The position numbers were made by a program, and so were the translations under genes. A stretch of DNA of 64,000 nucleotides from the NCBI GenBank assembly GCA_046583355.1, contig JAYGCM010000025.1:32921-96920 (forward strand). The letters are read 5' to 3'. This DNA is from Deltaproteobacteria bacterium (lineage in GTDB: Bacteria > Desulfobacterota > Binatia > UBA12015). The notes beneath the pieces are model-generated. The model searched no databases. It had not been told where the DNA came from and worked only from the letters and a program-made list of their open reading frames with translations. Shown here piece after piece: positions 59,951 to 64,000 of this stretch (its first letter is position 1; every line of letters starts with the position of its first letter).

Positions 59951-60625
59951 ATGACAAGGCGGGCGAACTTCCTGCGGAGTTCGGTACAAGCTCTGGGCAC
60001 GGGAGCTGCTCTTGTCGTATCTCTGTTGCTTGCAGCCCCCCACTCCGCCAATGCGCAGGCGTATTGCGCGCTGCGCGACCCGAGTACGGCGATCGCGGAA
60101 CTCTTTCCCGAATCTACCTCGTACCGCACAATTGTCCGTGTGCTTGGCGAAGAAGCACGCCTCGAGATGCGCCAGCGCTTCGCGCTCGACCTGCGTGCAA
60201 ATGAACTCGGCCAGCATTCGGTTTACGTCGTGTTTGCAGGGGAGGAGCCGCTCGGCTTTGTGCACGTACGGAGCGAGAAGGGGCGTTGGGGTCTTGTCGA
60301 GATCGCCTGGGCCATCGATCTCGACCTGCGAATCGTTGATCTGCGGATCCAGCGCGGGCACGATGACGCTGCCGCGCAGCTGCTCGAAGGGGACTTTGTC
60401 GACCGACTCCGCGGCCGGAACCTGGGGGAGTATGAGCGTGCGCTCGGCGACGAAGCGCTCCTGGCCGCGGATCTGCCCACCGGACAACGTGAGTTCGCGC
60501 TTCTTCTGCTTCGCGCCGCGCCGCGTACAATTGCGGCGACGTGGATCGGCTGGCGCAACGAGATCGCGCAGTTACGCCAACTCGAGCGAGAACAAGCCGC
60601 TATCGCGGTGAGCCGTTCTGGGTAG
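59951..60625 (+). CDS. Exported protein, FMN-binding-domain-like
   Basis: Signal peptide, YCALRDP, LFPESTSY, LGFVHVRSEKGRWG. Alternative GTG start 59933 overlaps the upstream stop. Confidence 0.6.
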   Translation: MTRRANFLRSSVQALGTGAALVVSLLLAAPHSANAQAYCALRDPSTAIAELFPESTSYRTIVRVLGEEARLEMRQRFALDLRANELGQHSVYVVFAGEEPLGFVHVRSEKGRWGLVEIAWAIDLDLRIVDLRIQRGHDDAAAQLLEGDFVDRLRGRNLGEYERALGDEALLAADLPTGQREFALLLLRAAPRTIAATWIGWRNEIAQLRQLEREQAAIAVSRSG

Positions 60626-60627
60626 AA

Positions 60628-62274
60628 ATGCACCCTTCGATCCGGCAGCAACTCTTTGCGGCGATCGCAATTGCGGGGCCGTTCGCCCTCATCGTCGCGG
60701 CAGCGATCGCTTTCTACGGCAATCAGCTCGAACGAGCCGCGCGACCGATGAACCGGGTCAGTGGCATTCTGCGCTCGCTCGACCGAGTCGAAATGCAGGT
60801 TGACGATCTCCTGACCAAGGGAGATCTCGCGATCGGTTCGGACCTCGTCTACCTCAAGGCAACCGCGGCGCGTAGTGCGGAGATGCTCGCCGAAGATCTC
60901 GTGAATCTTGGCCCCAAGACTTTCAACCCGGAACAGCGGTCCGATGTCGCGCGCGCGCGGCGTGCGACGCACCAGATAGAAAATCTGCTTGAGCGCGATT
61001 CCCCGAATCCGCCGGTAGGCGATCCCCCCCTGGAACGCTTCGATATAGCGGCGAGGCAGCTTGTGAGTGCCGTGGAAGCGCTACGTGCGAGTACCGTGAG
61101 AGAACTTGAGGCGCTTGACGCCGCCCTTGAGACAAGCCGCCGGAGGCTTGACCGCGGGGGTGTTGTCCTAATCGTTCTTTACATCGCGTTGCTTGCGGGT
61201 GTGTGGCGCTGGAGTTCACGCCGTATCGTGGAGCCACTGCGGAACCTTGAACGCAATGCTGCCAACAGCCTGTCGAAGAACGAGAGTTTTACGGCTATCG
61301 AGGGTGGCGGGGCCGAGGTCGTTTCGCTCTCCCGCACCGTACAGGCATTGGTCGGTTCGCTGGAGGAACGCGTAACCCTTCGAACGACTGCGCTTGAGCG
61401 CCAGACCGTCGACCTTGAATCCGAGGTCGCCACGCGGCGCCGTACCGAGCGGGAACTCGCCCTCGCTCTCAAGGCCGCACATGCGGCCCTTCACACCAGA
61501 ACCGAATTTCTCGCGCAGATGAGCCACGAACTGCGCACACCGCTCGGTGCCATCCTTGGCTATGCGGAAATGCTTGGCGGAAACGACCTCAACCAGGCAG
61601 ATCGCCCGAGCATTTACGAGGCTCTTATCCGCAACGGATCCTATCTGCTCGGACTCATCAACGATCTTCTGAGATTGACGGAAGTGGAGTCGGAGGGGCA
61701 AACGCTCAATATCGTTGAGCTCAATCCCCGGAAGCTGGCAACCGAAGTCATCGAAACCGTCGCAATCGAGGCGGAAGCAAATCGCAACAACCTGGAACTT
61801 CGGATCACGGATGATGTAGCGGATACGATCTTCACCGACGACCGGCGCGTAAAGCAGATCCTCGTCAACCTCCTCGGCAACGCGCTCAAATTCACCACCT
61901 CAGGAACTGTCGAGTTGTGTCTTTCCTGGTCCGGCGAGAGTGAACACCCGCTCGACATTTCCGTTCGCGACTCCGGAGCGGGAATCTTACCCGGAGACCT
62001 CGAGAAAGTCTTCGACGCCTTTTTCCAAGCCAACCCGACGAGCCCGCGCGGATTGCACGGCGTCGGTCTCGGCCTTGCCATTTCGAAAAATCTCGCGGTT
62101 GCACTTGGCGCCGACCTCACAGTCGAGTCTTCGATCGGAGTGGGCACCACGTTCCATCTCCGGCTGCCACGCAAGGCTCCGGAGGGCTCTGCGAACCGGA
62201 ACCAGGCGGCACCTTCCGCCCCCATGAAATCGACTGCGACACGTCCCCCGCGTCGCTCACGCGGCACGCGCTGA
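60628..62274 (+). CDS. Membrane sensor histidine kinase with no receiver domain
   Basis: Two transmembrane segments, HAMP-like region, SHELRTPL, NLLGNALKFT, DSGAGI, GVGLGL. Confidence 0.92.
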   Translation: MHPSIRQQLFAAIAIAGPFALIVAAAIAFYGNQLERAARPMNRVSGILRSLDRVEMQVDDLLTKGDLAIGSDLVYLKATAARSAEMLAEDLVNLGPKTFNPEQRSDVARARRATHQIENLLERDSPNPPVGDPPLERFDIAARQLVSAVEALRASTVRELEALDAALETSRRRLDRGGVVLIVLYIALLAGVWRWSSRRIVEPLRNLERNAANSLSKNESFTAIEGGGAEVVSLSRTVQALVGSLEERVTLRTTALERQTVDLESEVATRRRTERELALALKAAHAALHTRTEFLAQMSHELRTPLGAILGYAEMLGGNDLNQADRPSIYEALIRNGSYLLGLINDLLRLTEVESEGQTLNIVELNPRKLATEVIETVAIEAEANRNNLELRITDDVADTIFTDDRRVKQILVNLLGNALKFTTSGTVELCLSWSGESEHPLDISVRDSGAGILPGDLEKVFDAFFQANPTSPRGLHGVGLGLAISKNLAVALGADLTVESSIGVGTTFHLRLPRKAPEGSANRNQAAPSAPMKSTATRPPRRSRGTR

Positions 62275-62648
62275 GGGGCGCTCATCAGTTCACAATCGGC
62301 GAACCCTGATCGGCAGTGGAGTGCGCGAGGGGTAATTTCAACTCGAACGAGCTTCCCTGGAAGCCGGCACCGCGCCCTACGAACTCAACGAAACGACAGT
62401 TTGTGCGGCAGGCGGAGTATGGGACGAAATCCTGACGATGCGCAGCGCGGTGCCTGGCAGAGGCCGACAAAGCAGGGGCCCGGGCCGGATGAGGCCGGTT
62501 CTGTGGTAGGCGGGCGCAGAGCTGCGTCGCACGCCGAGTGACGCGAGACGAAGCTGCGAAGTTCTCAGCCCGGGGACCAGGTCCGCCCGGGTGGCGGTAA
62601 CCGCCCCCCGACACCGCTCGTCGTAGAAGCCAGGTCGGGGCCGCCGTA

Positions 62649-62674
62649 GTGCGAGAGGGGGGACTTGAACCCCC
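62649..62674 (-). mobile_element. tRNA-Leu 3'-end fragment, att-like boundary of an integrated element extending rightward
   Basis: Reverse complement GGGGG-TTCAAGT-CCCCC-CTCTCGC-AC gives T-arm, acceptor 3' strand and discriminator A; the rest of the tRNA is absent. Confidence 0.8.
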
Positions 62675-62766
62675 CCAGGTGGTACGCTCTGGCCCGCTTT
62701 GTCCCGAAAAGCCAGAAAAAGGCATATGGCAAAATCGTGGTTCGGGCCAAAGCGGGCCACAGGATC

Positions 62767-62821
62767 GGCACCCAAACCGGCACCCAAACCGGCACCCTAA
62801 CTGGCACCCAAACAGGGTGCC
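62767..62821. repeat. Four 12-bp tandem repeats (GGCACCCAAACC consensus) plus one inverted GGGTGCC
   Basis: Units at 62767, 62779, 62791 and 62803; inverted core at 62815-62821. Confidence 0.9.
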
Positions 62822-62938
62822 GGTCCCCTTGGGTCCAGGTCGTGCGTGGCGTGAAGCGCAGCACGGACGGACACCCGAAGATGTTGGAGCTGATGGACCA
62901 GCTCGGTCTGCGGAAGTGGGAAGCTCCCGGCCTGATGA

Positions 62939-63865
62939 GTGATGGTCGGCACCATGCCGCACCCTCCACAACCTGCGCCCCGCCTCGCCGCCCCCGGGAC
63001 CTGGTTTCTCGGCGAGTCTCCGAAGGCGCGCCTGATGGCGCATTGGAACCGGCGCAGCTTTCGCCTACTGCAGCGTACCCGCGTGCATCTGTCGCCACTG
63101 GTGGACGCGACCACGTCGGCCTCCTGCCGTCACCTGAAAGGCCGCGGCGGCGTCAAGGGAGCCGTGCGTTCGGTTTTCAGGTCCTTGCCGCGCGCCCGTT
63201 TCGTCGCCCGCTTCGATATCCAGTCCTACTACGAGAGCCTGCGCCATGATGTCGTGCTCGGGCAGCTTGCCGCTGCCGGCGCGGACGCGGCTTGCCAGTC
63301 GGTGGTGGGCGACTATATCCGGCTGCCGGACCGGCTGGGCAGCGGACGCGGGATCGTGGCGGGCAGCTTCCTCTCGCCGCTGCTGGGCGCTCTGTATCTA
63401 GCGCCTCTGGACCGCGCGATGGAGCAGCGCGTGTCGCAAGGCCGTCTGGTGTCCTACGTGCGCTATATGGACGATTTCGTCCTGCTGGCGCGCACGCGCT
63501 GGCAGCTGCGGCGAGCGATCGCGGAGGTGCACGCGCTGATCGCGCCGGTCGGTCTGCGCATGCACCCGCACAAGCGTTTCATCGGGTCGCTATCACGCGG
63601 CTTTGATTTCCTCGGCTACCAGTTCCATCCCGGACGCAAGCTTTGTCCCTCCCCCGAGAGTCTACGCCGCCTGCGCGAGCGTGCTCGCCGGCTTCACGAG
63701 CAAGGAGGCGACCGGCAACGCCTTCGGCTGTACGTGTTGCGCTGGTGGCGTTGGATTCACGGCGGATTGGGCGAGGGCCGGGGGGCATTGGTCAGCCGAC
63801 AAGGAGGGTACGAGCGCACCTGGTCGCAGGTACGGATCCATCTCGATCTCCACCGTCCGCCTTGA
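62939..63865 (+). CDS. Compact stand-alone reverse transcriptase (group II-like lineage)
   Basis: FDIQSYYESL, GIVAGSFLSPLLGALYL, YVRYMDD (YMDD at 63464-63475), HPHK, GFDFLGY. Start uncertain (62939, 62954 or 63035). Confidence 0.92.
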   Translation: MMVGTMPHPPQPAPRLAAPGTWFLGESPKARLMAHWNRRSFRLLQRTRVHLSPLVDATTSASCRHLKGRGGVKGAVRSVFRSLPRARFVARFDIQSYYESLRHDVVLGQLAAAGADAACQSVVGDYIRLPDRLGSGRGIVAGSFLSPLLGALYLAPLDRAMEQRVSQGRLVSYVRYMDDFVLLARTRWQLRRAIAEVHALIAPVGLRMHPHKRFIGSLSRGFDFLGYQFHPGRKLCPSPESLRRLRERARRLHEQGGDRQRLRLYVLRWWRWIHGGLGEGRGALVSRQGGYERTWSQVRIHLDLHRPP

Positions 63866-63869
63866 CGTA

Positions 63870-63918
63870 CAAACGCCGCGCCCAGCCCGCTTCATGAGCA
63901 GGCCGCACGCGGCGTTTG
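63870..63918. other. Long hairpin immediately after the RT stop
   Basis: caaacgccgcg (63870-63880) and cgcggcgtttg (63908-63918) form a perfect 11-bp stem. Confidence 0.7.
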
Positions 63919-64000
63919 GAGACTTGATTTGTATTCGTCGTCGTTTTTCAAACAGCCCGCAGGCGCGGGACAGGCGGGGTGCGCCTAGTTACTCACATAC

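Noticed and set aside
62649..62735. Complete tRNA gene
   Set aside because: Only the T-arm and acceptor 3' strand are present; adjacent sequence does not form D or anticodon arms.
62767..62814. CRISPR array
   Set aside because: Units are 12 bp and contiguous, with no spacers and no cas genes.
62930..62965. Hammerhead ribozyme (CTGATGA followed by a hairpin)
   Set aside because: No GAAA after the putative stem II.
62285..63249. ORFs overlapping the att/repeat region as integrase remnants
   Set aside because: No convincing HxxR or LGH...Y motifs; GTQT and FGCR repeats are translations of the DNA repeat.
62939..64000. Group II intron, retron or DGR assignment for the RT
   Set aside because: No PQG or domain V, no VTG or obvious msr-msd repeats, and no SQ motif or TR/VR pair within the window.

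Overview
GC-rich bacterial chromosomal window. The Pro/Thr-linker and Cys-rich secreted proteins, F420-dependent LLM enzyme and lipid-catabolic genes suggest a Candidatus Binatia or Myxococcota-like lineage, but this is inference only. Positions 1-58,200 hold about 48 housekeeping, lipid-metabolism and secreted-protein genes, including an NYN/LOTUS RNase, an SNF2 helicase, a ClC antiporter, SMUG1, a dimethylglycine-oxidase-like/GcvT pair, glutamine synthetase II with a sigma54-type promoter and an Xre-RES toxin-antitoxin pair. The right end looks accessory: truncated gene remnants, a porin-like/periplasmic/histidine-kinase module, a tRNA-Leu 3' fragment (att-like), 12-bp arm-like repeats and a compact stand-alone reverse transcriptase followed by structured sequence. 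Best leads: (1) the non-intron, non-retron, non-DGR RT at the edge of an apparent tRNA-Leu island; (2) two unrelated secreted enzymes sharing a 15-Cys C-terminal module, encoded directly upstream of a divergent Lgt-family gene, a possible C-terminal lipid-anchoring system. No CRISPR array, rRNA or complete tRNA was seen. All product calls come from motif recognition by eye, without database searches.
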